A stretch of 64,000 nucleotides of DNA from Escherichia phage vB_EcoS_HASG4. The notes beneath the pieces are model-generated. The model saw only the letters and a list, made by a program, of their open reading frames with translations, was not told where the DNA came from and did no database searches. The stretch's first letter is position 1, and the number at the start of each line of letters is the position of its first letter. A program made the position numbers and the translations under genes. The DNA lies in sequence record NC_100331.1; one strand, given 5' to 3'. Positions 26,283 to 35,942 of this stretch are shown piece by piece.

Positions 26283-26775
26283 TACTCCGATTATTTTTCT
26301 AGACATTGATGGAGTGCTCAATTCGAGCATCTCCCACCATCATGCACCTGATGATGAAAAGATTTTCTTTGGAAGTGACTGGGTTTTCAAACCGCTTCTC
26401 AAGGCTTTTCAGGACTTTATTCGTCCTTCTCCGATAATGATTGTTGGAGTATCCTCATGGTTCTCTGTCAGGAATGAGGTGGAGAACGTTCACATTATGA
26501 CCGGATTAGGTCTTATCGATCGTTTTCTAGGTACAACGGATTTTACGGGGGGTGGATTATCTAGGGGTAATTCTGTTCTTCGTTTCGTTGAAAAGCATAA
26601 GCTCAAACATTGGTGTGTGCTGGATGACGCTGGTGCTATGATGTATCAGTATCCAACAGTTATAGTCAATGGTAGGACTGGGATAAATCTTCAAGATTTA
26701 AAAGCTGTTAGCTATATGCTAGAATTTAGCCCAGATCTTGAAATGTGTAAATCCTTACAACAATTTAAGGTGTAA
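26269..26775 (+). CDS. HAD-like hydrolase/phosphatase-fold protein
   Basis: N-terminal IIFLDIDGVLN (HAD motif I DxDG) and later WCVLDD; GTG start. Confidence 0.5.
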   Translation: MEISNTPIIFLDIDGVLNSSISHHHAPDDEKIFFGSDWVFKPLLKAFQDFIRPSPIMIVGVSSWFSVRNEVENVHIMTGLGLIDRFLGTTDFTGGGLSRGNSVLRFVEKHKLKHWCVLDDAGAMMYQYPTVIVNGRTGINLQDLKAVSYMLEFSPDLEMCKSLQQFKV

Positions 26776-26777
26776 AT

Positions 26778-27206
26778 ATGTTCAATAATGTATTCTCTAA
26801 AGAAGCTAACCCAATTTTGGTTAACTTTTGGCGTACTCTCCCGGCTAGCCTGTATAATGAGGCTATTAACTCCTTGAAAATATGGTGTGAGAATAACGAA
26901 ATCTCCTTTGCTTTTAAAGATGATATTGATGAGGCTCCCTGTATTGGTTTAATTGTTCAGGTAGAGGAGGGTCTTGAAGAAATTGTCGGCTGGAAAGAGT
27001 TAGATGAAATGGGCTTAGTTTTTGCGTTAAACTATAAGCTGTTTATGCCTGCTAAGCATCGCCTCGTTGTTAACTATAAAACTAGTGAATCTCCTGGTTT
27101 TCAGGTTAATGAACGTTACGGTTGGTCTTACTCACCGGAAGAAGTGAATGAGGGGATTCAGAAACTTCGACGTTTCGGGTATATGATCCCAGGTTTAACT
27201 GCTTAA
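26778..27206 (+). CDS. hypothetical protein, paralog A of a tandem pair
   Basis: Aligns by eye with 27216-27608 (W.R...SL....L..W......F.F.......PC.G......W.EL...GL..ALN..LF.P). Confidence 0.6.
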   Translation: MFNNVFSKEANPILVNFWRTLPASLYNEAINSLKIWCENNEISFAFKDDIDEAPCIGLIVQVEEGLEEIVGWKELDEMGLVFALNYKLFMPAKHRLVVNYKTSESPGFQVNERYGWSYSPEEVNEGIQKLRRFGYMIPGLTA

Positions 27207-27215
27207 GGAGGCAGA

Positions 27216-27608
27216 ATGGAACAAGTATATTGGCGTCAGATTGACCCTAGTTTGGTGAAACGTGCGGAGAAGCTGCTACAACGTTGGTTGGGGGTAAGAC
27301 AAGCCTCCTTCACTTTTCCGGAGCAGCAAATAGACGATCCTTGTGTTGGTGTTTTCCTATCAGGCTACGCTAGGGAATGGGAATTGGATTGGAATGAATT
27401 GTCTGCTATGGGTTTAATTGTTGCACTAAATTTCTCTTTGTTCCATCCCCGTGGTTTGGCCATATGTCGTGTGCCTGATGACGGTTGTTCGCCCCATCTT
27501 TTACAGATGGAAGATGATATTTGGGAGTACACTCCAGATATTCTCAAAGAAGCTAAAGAACAATTAAATCGTGTTGGAATCTATGTTCTGGGGCTAAATG
27601 ATGAATAA
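27216..27608 (+). CDS. hypothetical protein, paralog B of a tandem pair
   Basis: Shares conserved positions with 26778-27206; RBS AAGGAGG. Confidence 0.6.
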   Translation: MEQVYWRQIDPSLVKRAEKLLQRWLGVRQASFTFPEQQIDDPCVGVFLSGYAREWELDWNELSAMGLIVALNFSLFHPRGLAICRVPDDGCSPHLLQMEDDIWEYTPDILKEAKEQLNRVGIYVLGLNDE

Positions 27609-27795
27609 GGGATTTTGGAAAATAAAAGGTAAAATTTCTAAGTGGAATACTACAGGGAAAATTAGTAAGTCTCTAGAGATAGAGATAGCTAGAATGTTTA
27701 CTGATCCTGATTTTGATATAGGAAAACTAAGTAAAATAGATGCTAAAAAAGTAGATAAGTATATAGAAGAGATTAGAAGTATTTTAAGTGTCTAA
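27598..27795 (+). CDS. hypothetical Lys-rich protein (65 aa)
   Basis: ORF-track ORF, last gene before the terminator at 27803. Confidence 0.4.
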   Translation: MMNKGFWKIKGKISKWNTTGKISKSLEIEIARMFTDPDFDIGKLSKIDAKKVDKYIEEIRSILSV

Positions 27796-27802
27796 TACAC
27801 AT

Positions 27803-27832
27803 AACCGAGTCATTTTGGCTCGGTTTTATCCG
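27803..27832 (+). terminator. rho-independent terminator
   Basis: Hairpin AACCGAGTCATTTTGGCTCGGTT followed by a T-rich tract. Confidence 0.6.
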
Positions 27833-27871
27833 TACTCAAGACCAATGATAGCATTCTCTTTAAAAATTTAC

Positions 27872-27900
27872 TTGCACGATGCTCAAAATCTTGATATAAT
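27872..27900 (+). promoter_or_regulatory. promoter (TTGCAC-N17-TATAAT) driving the long leader and primase-helicase gene
   Basis: -35 at 27872-27877, -10 at 27895-27900. Confidence 0.55.
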
Positions 27901-28398
27901 AGTTATATTGAATTGAGAGACATTAGTAAAAATTGATTTTGCTAATTTTTCTTGTTTACAATCCGCGATACGGAACAGTTAGGCTGCCCCATTAAGGGTT
28001 GTTTTAACTGTTACGTGTTAGTTTTTAAACAAATAATTAATAGAATACTTAGCGATCTACACCCCGTAGGAACCCTGGTAAGGCCTCGAAGCAACCTAGT
28101 GTGAGGTGGTTGTGAAGTGAGACGGGAAGAGTGAAAAACTCTGAGAAGTGATGACGTAAGGTATACTGCATCTAGTATGAGCTAGTACATGAAGCATTAG
28201 GTGAGCAAATCTGGCTTAGCGGCCATCCTCAAGGATTTGTGCGGTATAGTGAAGCGGCAGTGTAGCGTGAAAGTGGAAGTTGCCACCCCACTTCAGTATT
28301 TGCAATTAATTTGTTGAGAAATTGACAGTAACAGTTGTTCTATTCTTTCTGAATAGTCCTAAAGAAAACTTATTTCATTTCCAACACAGGAGTATTGT

Positions 28399-31189
28399 TG
28401 TGTTTTCAATCCTACAAGGTCATGCAGGATTTCATCGCGATTTAGCCACAGGCAATTGGCGAGAAGTTAAAGCAGAAGACTATCTTTTTGCTAAAAGATT
28501 TTCCTCAAAGCATCCTGAAGGTAAACCAGCTTCAATGCCCTTCAAGTTTGATGTAATTGACGAAATTGATCCTCAAACCCTAGTAGAAATGCTTCCTCTT
28601 ATGAGACGTTTAACGTCTGACCCTCATATCGTTGCGGTACGAGGTCGATGTCTTGCACCTAAAAATAATGTGCGACGTAAGAAGGGCAACTTTAATGTAT
28701 CTAATCCAAGTCATATAATCGCAATGGATGTGGATGGTATTGTAGATACAGGAGGTTGTAACAAGTTTGATCTTGTTGGTATGGCTCGACATATTATTAG
28801 GATGTTAAATAGTATTAGTGAGGATATGTTTCCTCTTGATGCAGGGTTTATTGCTCATGCATCATCTTCGGCTGGCCTAAAACCAGGTATCCGAATGCAC
28901 TTAATACTAGAATCTAATGTTAAAGTTACACAGGGTCAGATCAAGTTCTTATTTACATCTATCAACGAAAGTAGTAGACAAAAGTATGGCTTTGATATTG
29001 CCGACTTAGCTTATTACTCCTCCGTACAGCTTCATTACTTTGCAGATCCTTTATTTATTGATGGTATAGTCGATCCGTTTAAAGCGGAGGGTGCTTCACG
29101 TCTGGTATTTGTTAAGGGTTCGAAGGTAAATTTGCCTAATAATCTAGTTGACTATGAAACAACTAGAGGTGAGTTTAAGGAGGAGTTCTATTCTTTACTC
29201 GACCAAATTAAAGGTAAAAAAGCTGCCTCTGATAAAGTAGAGGAAACTATCAGCGAACTAGAAGAAGCTGAGGATGGAGTGTATCTACGTATTATTCCAA
29301 AGCTATATCACCGAGCGCTAGAGGATGGAGTAGATTTTGGTTGGCTAGAAAAAGAAATCCGCCCAGCTTTATCAGAATATATTGCAACTAAAGATAATAG
29401 CCGTAATATTCAGGATTATTTCAATAACGGACGGAAGCAGGCATTAAAAGCCTTTGTGAATAACTCTAAGCGTGAGATCCCTGAAGTATTAAAAGGTATC
29501 CCCCTTAAAAAGCTAGAAACTAATTCACTAGAGACCGACAACTTCTTGAAATTAAATACTGTACCACCAGAAGGTTATATGACTTTTGTAAAAGCAAGTC
29601 TAGGTACAGGTAAAACTACGGCGGTTGTGCGTTGGTTAGATTCAGGAGTTATTAAGGGTAATTTCTTAGCAATTACCAATACTCGAGCACTGGTATCTTC
29701 AAATGCTAAGAAATTTAGTGCAGGACAATATGATAAGTCTGTAGATATGCTTAATTTTAAGCGTGGTGCTATTGACCGTATGTCCACAACTATTCACTCT
29801 TTGCATAAGTTCAAGAGTTTTATTGGTCAAATTGATGCAATCTTTATCGATGAATGTGATGCAGTAATGAATGACCTATTATTCGCCCCAGTTGTTAAGC
29901 AACGTCGTGAGTGTATTCAGGTTCTTCGTGATATTCTTGCAACTGCAAAAATCATTATACTATCAGATGGTGATATTAGTGCTGAAACAATTGAAGCATA
30001 TGGTTCTTTAATTGAGTTCGATAAACCAGTAGCATTTTACAATCATCACCGTAAAATGCTGTCAAAAGCTCATGCTTATGAGTTCCCTGATGAGTCCAGT
30101 ATTTGGGTTGCACTTCAGACTTCTCTAGAGATGGGTGAGAAATCTATTCTAGTATCTGATTGTGGCCCTGATGAGCTTAATGAGAAGGGTATGGCACTAC
30201 GTCGTAATACGGGTGCATTAGTTAAGGAAATCCATTCAAACTCTACCTCAGATGTGGATATTCGACGTATTCTGGATTACACAACTAATGAGTTAATTGA
30301 TCAACAAATTGATTGCTTATTATGTAGTCCATCCGTAACGAGTGGAGTTGACTTCAACTATTTTGATAACGTATTTGTTATTACTAGAACCAGTAATCAA
30401 GCGCCAAACATGCGTTTCCAAGCAATCAGGCGCGACCGTGGTGCTCAGAATATCTATTATTTTATTGATAAATCCACTAGTGGATTCTCCGCAGGTTCTG
30501 AACAGTATAACATTGATGAGGGTTGGCTGGAGTTAGCACAGCAATTATACGCACGTCGCAGGGAGCTGGAATCTAGGAACTATACTAGTACTTTACGTTA
30601 TTACTTGCTTGATCAGGGTGCAACTATTGATATTTTCAGCGAAAGCTGGGGAACTATTGAAGGTGCTGGTAAAGAGTACACAGAAGAGCGAATTAAAGCT
30701 ATTCTACATTCAACTCCGGATTATTGTGCTCCACGTCATGCGGATGCGTATGAAGCTAAGCTACTTCTTGTTCGCTATTATCATCTTGAGTCTATTAAAG
30801 ATGTAACAGTTGAGCATGTTGAACAATATATCAAGGATAAACCGAATGATCGAGCAGCATTCTTCCATAAAATGCACGCGATGTTCTGGGAAGATATTAA
30901 GAAGTGTTCAAATGTCACTATCAAACCTTTCATAGAAGCTCTGAAAGGTAAGAAGAAAGATTTCTTCCTTAAAACAGGTCAGAGTGCTAACCCAAAATAT
31001 GCGAGAATGTATCTTGGTATGATGGGTATTGGTAAGGATATGAACACTGAAAATATTGTAGACTGGTACAGAACCTATTGTAAAATCGAGTGTATGCCAA
31101 TTCCTTATAAGTTCATGACTGACGAGGAAAAACATATGCATGATGAAGCAATGTCAGAGCTAGGTGCTAGAAATGACAGTGAAGAATAA
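28399..31189 (+). CDS. replication primase/helicase-like NTPase (about 930 aa)
   Basis: Start placed at GTG 28399 (AGGAG 7 nt upstream); HIIAMDVDG acidic motif in N-terminal half; Walker A LGTGKTT and Walker B IFIDECD in C-terminal half. Confidence 0.7.
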
Positions 31190-31406
31190 AAAATGGGAAA
31201 CAAGGAAGTTTCCAGTAAAAGAGCGTAAAGTTCCTGTTTATGATACTTCGGAGAAGCTATGTAGGGTGGTACCGCACAGATTAGCTGGCATCCCTAACAT
31301 ATCCGAATGGTTACTTAAACAACGGAGGACTAGCGTATCCCTTCGCATAGGGTTTGAGTTAGATAAAGTATATGCTGAACTTTCTTCTTTGCTCAAGGAA
31401 TCGTAA
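31173..31406 (+). CDS. hypothetical protein (about 77 aa)
   Basis: ORF overlapping the end of the upstream gene; weak support. Confidence 0.35.
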   Translation: MTVKNKKWETRKFPVKERKVPVYDTSEKLCRVVPHRLAGIPNISEWLLKQRRTSVSLRIGFELDKVYAELSSLLKES

Positions 31407-31414
31407 AAATTTAT

Positions 31415-31443
31415 TTGCATAGTTCAAAAAATTTCTGTATAAT
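31415..31443 (+). promoter_or_regulatory. early promoter (TTGCAT-N17-TATAAT) with conserved leader
   Basis: -35 at 31415-31420, -10 at 31438-31443, followed by ATAAATTTGAGAGAGGAG. Confidence 0.6.
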
Positions 31444-31474
31444 AGATTCATAAATTTGAGAGAGGAGTTTAAAT

Positions 31475-32179
31475 ATGGCCGGTTCTCGCAGAAAGAAACA
31501 TATCCATGAAATCCCGGATGAAGTCTTTAAAAAGGTTATAGAGCATCTGGAGAACGGTGGTACCAAGAAAGCAGCTTGTGAAATGATCGGCGTATCATCC
31601 AATCCGACTATGGAAAGGATGATAGAAGAGTGGCAAGATCGCCAAATTCAAGTTGCCGAGATGAAGAAAAAGAAACGTGGTACACTCATTGAAGGTATTG
31701 AGTTGGCCAACGTTATTGAACAATATCTATCTGGTGATTCTTTTGAAGAGATTGCCGATCGTAATTACCGCTCTGTAGCAATGGTTAAATCTGTTCTGGA
31801 ACGCTATGGCGCTCTGCTTCGTTTGAATGATATTGTAGATCCATTGAATCCACCAATTATTCCTGATGATGCTGTAGCAGAAGAATTTGAGGTTGGAGAA
31901 CTTGTTTGGGTTCCTGGATACCAGTGTATCGGTGAAATCAAAAAAGCAATGGATAATCCTGTTGGTTGCTATCGTGTATGGCTTCTATCGGAAGGCAAAC
32001 AACAGAACGTTCATTATATGAATTATGAGCTGGCTTCTGTTAAACATCTGGAAAAGTTAGGGGTAGACGTAAAATCTCTGGGGTACAAATGGACTCGGGA
32101 AGAAGTCATTACGTTGATTAACGAAGCTGTTAAGGCTGCCTTGAAACTTGATAAAGAAAAAGGAAAACGCCGTGAGTAA
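31475..32179 (+). CDS. putative DNA-binding protein (234 aa)
   Basis: N-terminal helix-turn-helix-like region (GGTKKAACEMIGVSSNPTMERMI); Lys-rich C-terminus. Confidence 0.55.
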   Translation: MAGSRRKKHIHEIPDEVFKKVIEHLENGGTKKAACEMIGVSSNPTMERMIEEWQDRQIQVAEMKKKKRGTLIEGIELANVIEQYLSGDSFEEIADRNYRSVAMVKSVLERYGALLRLNDIVDPLNPPIIPDDAVAEEFEVGELVWVPGYQCIGEIKKAMDNPVGCYRVWLLSEGKQQNVHYMNYELASVKHLEKLGVDVKSLGYKWTREEVITLINEAVKAALKLDKEKGKRRE

Positions 32180-32423
32180 GCTAACAGATTTGCTTAAAGA
32201 TGGGGAAGTAAAGACTCTGTATCGTAGAAGCTGGGATAATGATAATACTGGCTTAGTATTACTAACTCTAGATGCTGACTCAGATGTAGTTACTCAGCAT
32301 ACCTGGGTAGCTGGCAATTATCCGTATAGCGAGGTTGTCACATTAACAGTATGCGAAGCTATTGCGGACGATTGGGAGGTTGCCAGCATCGATGATATGC
32401 TCGCTGTTGGCCTGGTGGAGTAA
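32172..32423 (+). CDS. hypothetical acidic protein (about 83 aa)
   Basis: GTG start with RBS AAAGGAAAA, overlapping the end of the upstream gene. Confidence 0.45.
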   Translation: MSKLTDLLKDGEVKTLYRRSWDNDNTGLVLLTLDADSDVVTQHTWVAGNYPYSEVVTLTVCEAIADDWEVASIDDMLAVGLVE

Positions 32424-32440
32424 CTGCAGAAAAATTTCAG

Positions 32441-32470
32441 TTGCTTAATCCTACAATTCTTGATATAATA
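32441..32470 (+). promoter_or_regulatory. early promoter (TTGCTT-N18-TATAAT)
   Basis: -35 at 32441-32446, -10 at 32465-32470. Confidence 0.5.
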
Positions 32471-32526
32471 TTCTCATAGTTTGAAAGAACTATTCTGTTT
32501 AATTCTTAATTAAGGAAATATAAAAT

Positions 32527-32937
32527 ATGACTACTCCAACTCAGTGGACTGATGAACTGTTCGAAAAAATGTCTTCCGAATATGTTGCTCGTATGGAGCA
32601 ATTCCCAGAGGATGAACGTCCGGGTGTTAGCATGGAAATTGTTAGCGAAATTGCCCAGGAAAATGGTGTAACTCCGAACGGTTTTCGTATGAAGCTGACT
32701 AAAGCAGGTTTGTATATTAAGAAAGCTGCTGGTTCTACTTCTAAATCTAGCGCATCTACTGGAGAAAAAGCTTCCGGTGGTTCTCGTACCTCCAAAGCTC
32801 AAGCCCATGCCGATCTTCGTTCAGCATTCTCTGATGCTGGCCTAGCACCAGATTTTCTGGATGATGCAATTATCGACAAACTGACCGGTAAAGCGGCTGC
32901 TCATCTGGCAGAAGCAATCCGAGCTATCACTAAGTAA
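32527..32937 (+). CDS. abundant small protein with one HTH-like repeat unit and a Ser/Thr/Lys-rich linker
   Basis: Codon usage typical of highly expressed genes (ctg/cgt/ggt/aaa); EIVSEIAQENGVTPNGFRMKL resembles the repeats of 35935-36702. Confidence 0.6.
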   Translation: MTTPTQWTDELFEKMSSEYVARMEQFPEDERPGVSMEIVSEIAQENGVTPNGFRMKLTKAGLYIKKAAGSTSKSSASTGEKASGGSRTSKAQAHADLRSAFSDAGLAPDFLDDAIIDKLTGKAAAHLAEAIRAITK

Positions 32938-32973
32938 TTTTTAGATAAATCCACCAACAAAAGGAACACAGTT

Positions 32974-33270
32974 ATGACCAAAGCTGAAATTATCGCACAA
33001 TGTGAAAAATTTGGTGAGTTTTATCTTCATTACGAGAAACTTCGTCAGAAAGGAACCACGTACCTCCAGGGTACAATGGAATTTGATCCAGCCCAAGATA
33101 AATATCTGGCTGAACGTATTAAACGTGAACGTATTCGTAAAGCGAAAGATGATGAAATCCTTGTCTTCTCTCGTACTAATGATAGCTTCCGTTTTATTCC
33201 TGTCGAGAAGGTCCGTCGTGTGACTAGCCTCCAATCAGAGTTAGATCGTGCTTCTCCAGTAGGCCGATAA
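32974..33270 (+). CDS. hypothetical protein (98 aa)
   Basis: ORF-track ORF followed by a terminator at 33281. Confidence 0.5.
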   Translation: MTKAEIIAQCEKFGEFYLHYEKLRQKGTTYLQGTMEFDPAQDKYLAERIKRERIRKAKDDEILVFSRTNDSFRFIPVEKVRRVTSLQSELDRASPVGR

Positions 33271-33280
33271 GAAACCAATT

Positions 33281-33303
33281 AGCCCCTATATGGGGCTTTT
33301 TGT
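33281..33303 (+). terminator. rho-independent terminator
   Basis: Hairpin AGCCCCTATATGGGGCT followed by TTTTTGTG. Confidence 0.65.
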
Positions 33304-33320
33304 GTATTTGGGATATGTAA

Positions 33321-33629
33321 ATGAGCGAACAGGTAAATCAAAACTATGAAGGACACGTTGATGACCAGTCCATCATACTTTGGGAGAAGGAGGGAGAACA
33401 AGTAAGATTAACAGTATCTGAATTTCGTGGGAATCTATACATGGGTATTCGTTACTGGCTTCTTGATATTAATGATGAATGGTTTCCAACGAAATCTGGC
33501 TTCTCTTTTCCTTACACCCTAGAAACAACATCACAGCTTTTCTATGCGTTTACTCAGATTCTTAGCGAATCTGAGGTTTTACATGAAGTACAGAAACGAG
33601 CTGAAGAACTCAAAGCCAAGAATGCCTAG
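33321..33629 (+). CDS. hypothetical protein (102 aa)
   Basis: ORF-track ORF followed by a terminator. Confidence 0.5.
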   Translation: MSEQVNQNYEGHVDDQSIILWEKEGEQVRLTVSEFRGNLYMGIRYWLLDINDEWFPTKSGFSFPYTLETTSQLFYAFTQILSESEVLHEVQKRAEELKAKNA

Positions 33630-33645
33630 TTCTTGGCTTTTTCTT
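33616..33645 (+). terminator. rho-independent terminator
   Basis: Hairpin GCCAAGAA-TGCCTAG-TTCTTGGC followed by TTTTTCTTT. Confidence 0.65.
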
Positions 33646-33656
33646 TATAAATGTAT

Positions 33657-33685
33657 TTGCTTTCAACTCAGTTTTGTTATATAAT
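33657..33685 (+). promoter_or_regulatory. early promoter (TTGCTT-N17-TATAAT)
   Basis: -35 at 33657-33662, -10 at 33680-33685. Confidence 0.55.
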
Positions 33686-33715
33686 ATTTATATAAATTAA
33701 TGAGAGGGTTGCAAA

Positions 33716-33988
33716 GTGAAAAAGATAAATATAAGTACACTTAAACCTTTTCCATATATCGGACAGCCTCTCATACTCATGTGGGAGGAAAAGATTAATG
33801 GGGAAAAGTATACTAAAACTAGAATTGGATATAAACTGATTTCACTTTATTACGAAAAAGAAGTATTAATAGCTGAAATATACTCTCCATTATCGGGCAG
33901 GCTAGTAAAAACTACATATTTGCATCTTTGCAAAAATTATACGTGGCACGGATCTACCAGACAACCCACGTACTATGAGGCAGAATAA
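33716..33988 (+). CDS. hypothetical protein (90 aa)
   Basis: GTG start; stop abuts the ligase start. Confidence 0.45.
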   Translation: MKKINISTLKPFPYIGQPLILMWEEKINGEKYTKTRIGYKLISLYYEKEVLIAEIYSPLSGRLVKTTYLHLCKNYTWHGSTRQPTYYEAE

Positions 33989-34960
33989 ATGACCAATGTA
34001 AAAGAATTTATTAAACGCTGTCAAGAAGCATATTATCAGGGTATGTCTTTAATCTCTGATGAGGAGTATGATTGCCTGGTAAAACGCTTCCCGTTAGAAG
34101 AAGAGATCGGGCCTAAGGGCGATATTCCACATCTGTATCGTATGTATTCTTTACAGAAAGTTTATTATAATCGTGGAGATAAACCCCCATTTAACCCATT
34201 AGGTCAGGTAGAAACTGACAAGTTAGATGGTTGTGCGATTTCTCTATTATATATTAATGGCGAATTTGTTCAAGCACTAACTCGTGGTAATGGTATTCTA
34301 GGGAATGATGTCACAAGCAACGTAAGACTGCTGAATATCCCTAAAAAGATTTCCCAAAAAGTACCAACTCAAATCACTGGTGAAGTTCTAATTACAAAAG
34401 AAGTAGAAAATAAACGTAACTTTGCCTCTGGTGCTATTAACCTCAAAGATAGCGATGATTTCGTACAACGTATCGGGGAAGGCGGTTTAATCTTCGTTGC
34501 ATACGGTATCCAGTGTTCTGCCGAATCTGTAGGTATTACAGAATCGTATTTAAAAGATATGCTTTGGCTAGAGAATGAGAACTTCTTAACAGTTGTTAAT
34601 GTGCGTTCCTTCTTTAAATGGATTCCGACTGACGGTAAAGTTGTTCGTATTAATGACAACAACAAATTCTTCCGTGAGGGCTGGACAAATAAATTCCCTC
34701 GTGGAGCATTCGCCATTAAAGAGGATGAAGAAGGCGAAATTACAACTCTTACTAAAGTTGAGTGGCAGGTAGGGGCTTCTGGTAAAGTAACTCCAGTTGG
34801 CTATTTCGAACCGGTAATTATTGATGATGCTACAATTGTTAAAGCGACTCTTAATAACGTTGATTATATTAACTCTCTCGATCTAGAGATCGGTTGCCAG
34901 ATTCGAGTGATTCGTGCTGGTGGTGTAATCCCGTGTATAGTAGAGCGAGTATACGATTAA
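33989..34960 (+). CDS. NAD-dependent DNA ligase, N-terminal fragment (adenylation and OB domains)
   Basis: LISDEEYD near N-terminus and adenylation motif TDKLDGCAISLLY (KxDG), typical of LigA-type ligases. Confidence 0.75.
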   Translation: MTNVKEFIKRCQEAYYQGMSLISDEEYDCLVKRFPLEEEIGPKGDIPHLYRMYSLQKVYYNRGDKPPFNPLGQVETDKLDGCAISLLYINGEFVQALTRGNGILGNDVTSNVRLLNIPKKISQKVPTQITGEVLITKEVENKRNFASGAINLKDSDDFVQRIGEGGLIFVAYGIQCSAESVGITESYLKDMLWLENENFLTVVNVRSFFKWIPTDGKVVRINDNNKFFREGWTNKFPRGAFAIKEDEEGEITTLTKVEWQVGASGKVTPVGYFEPVIIDDATIVKATLNNVDYINSLDLEIGCQIRVIRAGGVIPCIVERVYD

Positions 34961-35103
34961 TACATAACCCTTTGCTACCCATCTACCATATCGGAATTAT
35001 AAAGTGGTTATTGACATTTTCGCCGCTTAGGTATATACTATTATCATTCAGTTGAGGGATAGAAAGTTATGGCGAGGGTAAGCAAAGTTAGTTAAAATTG
35101 TAG

Positions 35104-35132
35104 TTGCTAAATGCTTAAATACTTGCTATAAT
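35104..35132 (+). promoter_or_regulatory. early promoter (TTGCTA-N17-TATAAT) between the two ligase fragments
   Basis: -35 at 35104-35109, -10 at 35127-35132. Confidence 0.55.
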
Positions 35133-35162
35133 ATTTATATAAATTGATAAGGAAGAAATTTG

Positions 35163-35942
35163 ATGAAAATCGAAATTCCAACACAATGTCCCTCTTGTGG
35201 TTCTAAGCTAGATCTTGTCAACGGACAATTATTCTGTCGTAATAAGTCCAACTGTCCAGCGCAATCAAGCAAGTTAATTGAGAACTTCTGTTCAAAAATG
35301 AAGTTAAAGGGCTTTGGCCCAAAAACTATTGAGAAGCTGGAGCTGACGAAGATTTCAGAACTATTTTACCTAACCGAAGAAGATTTGGTTAGAGCCGTGG
35401 GTAGCAAGGTTGCCGCTAAGTTAATTAGCGAATTAAATACTAAAGTTCGCGGAGACATTGACTTTGGTTCAGTTCTCGGTTCTTTAGGAATCCCTCTAAT
35501 TGGAGAAGTTGCAGCAAAGAAACTATCCCAAAATTGCACTAGCTTCCATGATGTGAAGGCTGACGGCAAGGCTGGAGAAAATTACAAAGCCTGGCTAAAT
35601 TCCCCACAAGGCAAGGATGTTATTGAACTACCGTGGAAATTTTCAACTGGTGTTAAGGGCACTAAAGCTGACGTCATCATTACAGATGAATTAGTTGCCC
35701 AGCCAAATGGAATCGCGGTATGTATTACCGGATCTTTGCAAGATTTTGCAAATCGAACGGATGCAACAAACTATTTAGAAGGTCTAGGATATACGGTTAA
35801 GAAATCCGTTACCAAAGACGTCAAATACCTAATCTGTGAGGATGAATCGAAGCGTTCTTCCTCATCTTATAAGAAAGCCGAAACGAATGGGATAGAAATC
35901 CTGTCGATTAAAGAACTATTGGAGAAAAATAATAATGTCTAA
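35163..35942 (+). CDS. NAD-dependent DNA ligase, C-terminal fragment (Zn finger, HhH, BRCT-like)
   Basis: CPSCGSKLDLVNGQLFCRNKSNCPAQ Zn-finger followed by helix-hairpin-helix-like GIPLIGEVAAKKL and a C-terminal BRCT-like region. Confidence 0.7.
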   Translation: MKIEIPTQCPSCGSKLDLVNGQLFCRNKSNCPAQSSKLIENFCSKMKLKGFGPKTIEKLELTKISELFYLTEEDLVRAVGSKVAAKLISELNTKVRGDIDFGSVLGSLGIPLIGEVAAKKLSQNCTSFHDVKADGKAGENYKAWLNSPQGKDVIELPWKFSTGVKGTKADVIITDELVAQPNGIAVCITGSLQDFANRTDATNYLEGLGYTVKKSVTKDVKYLICEDESKRSSSSYKKAETNGIEILSIKELLEKNNNV

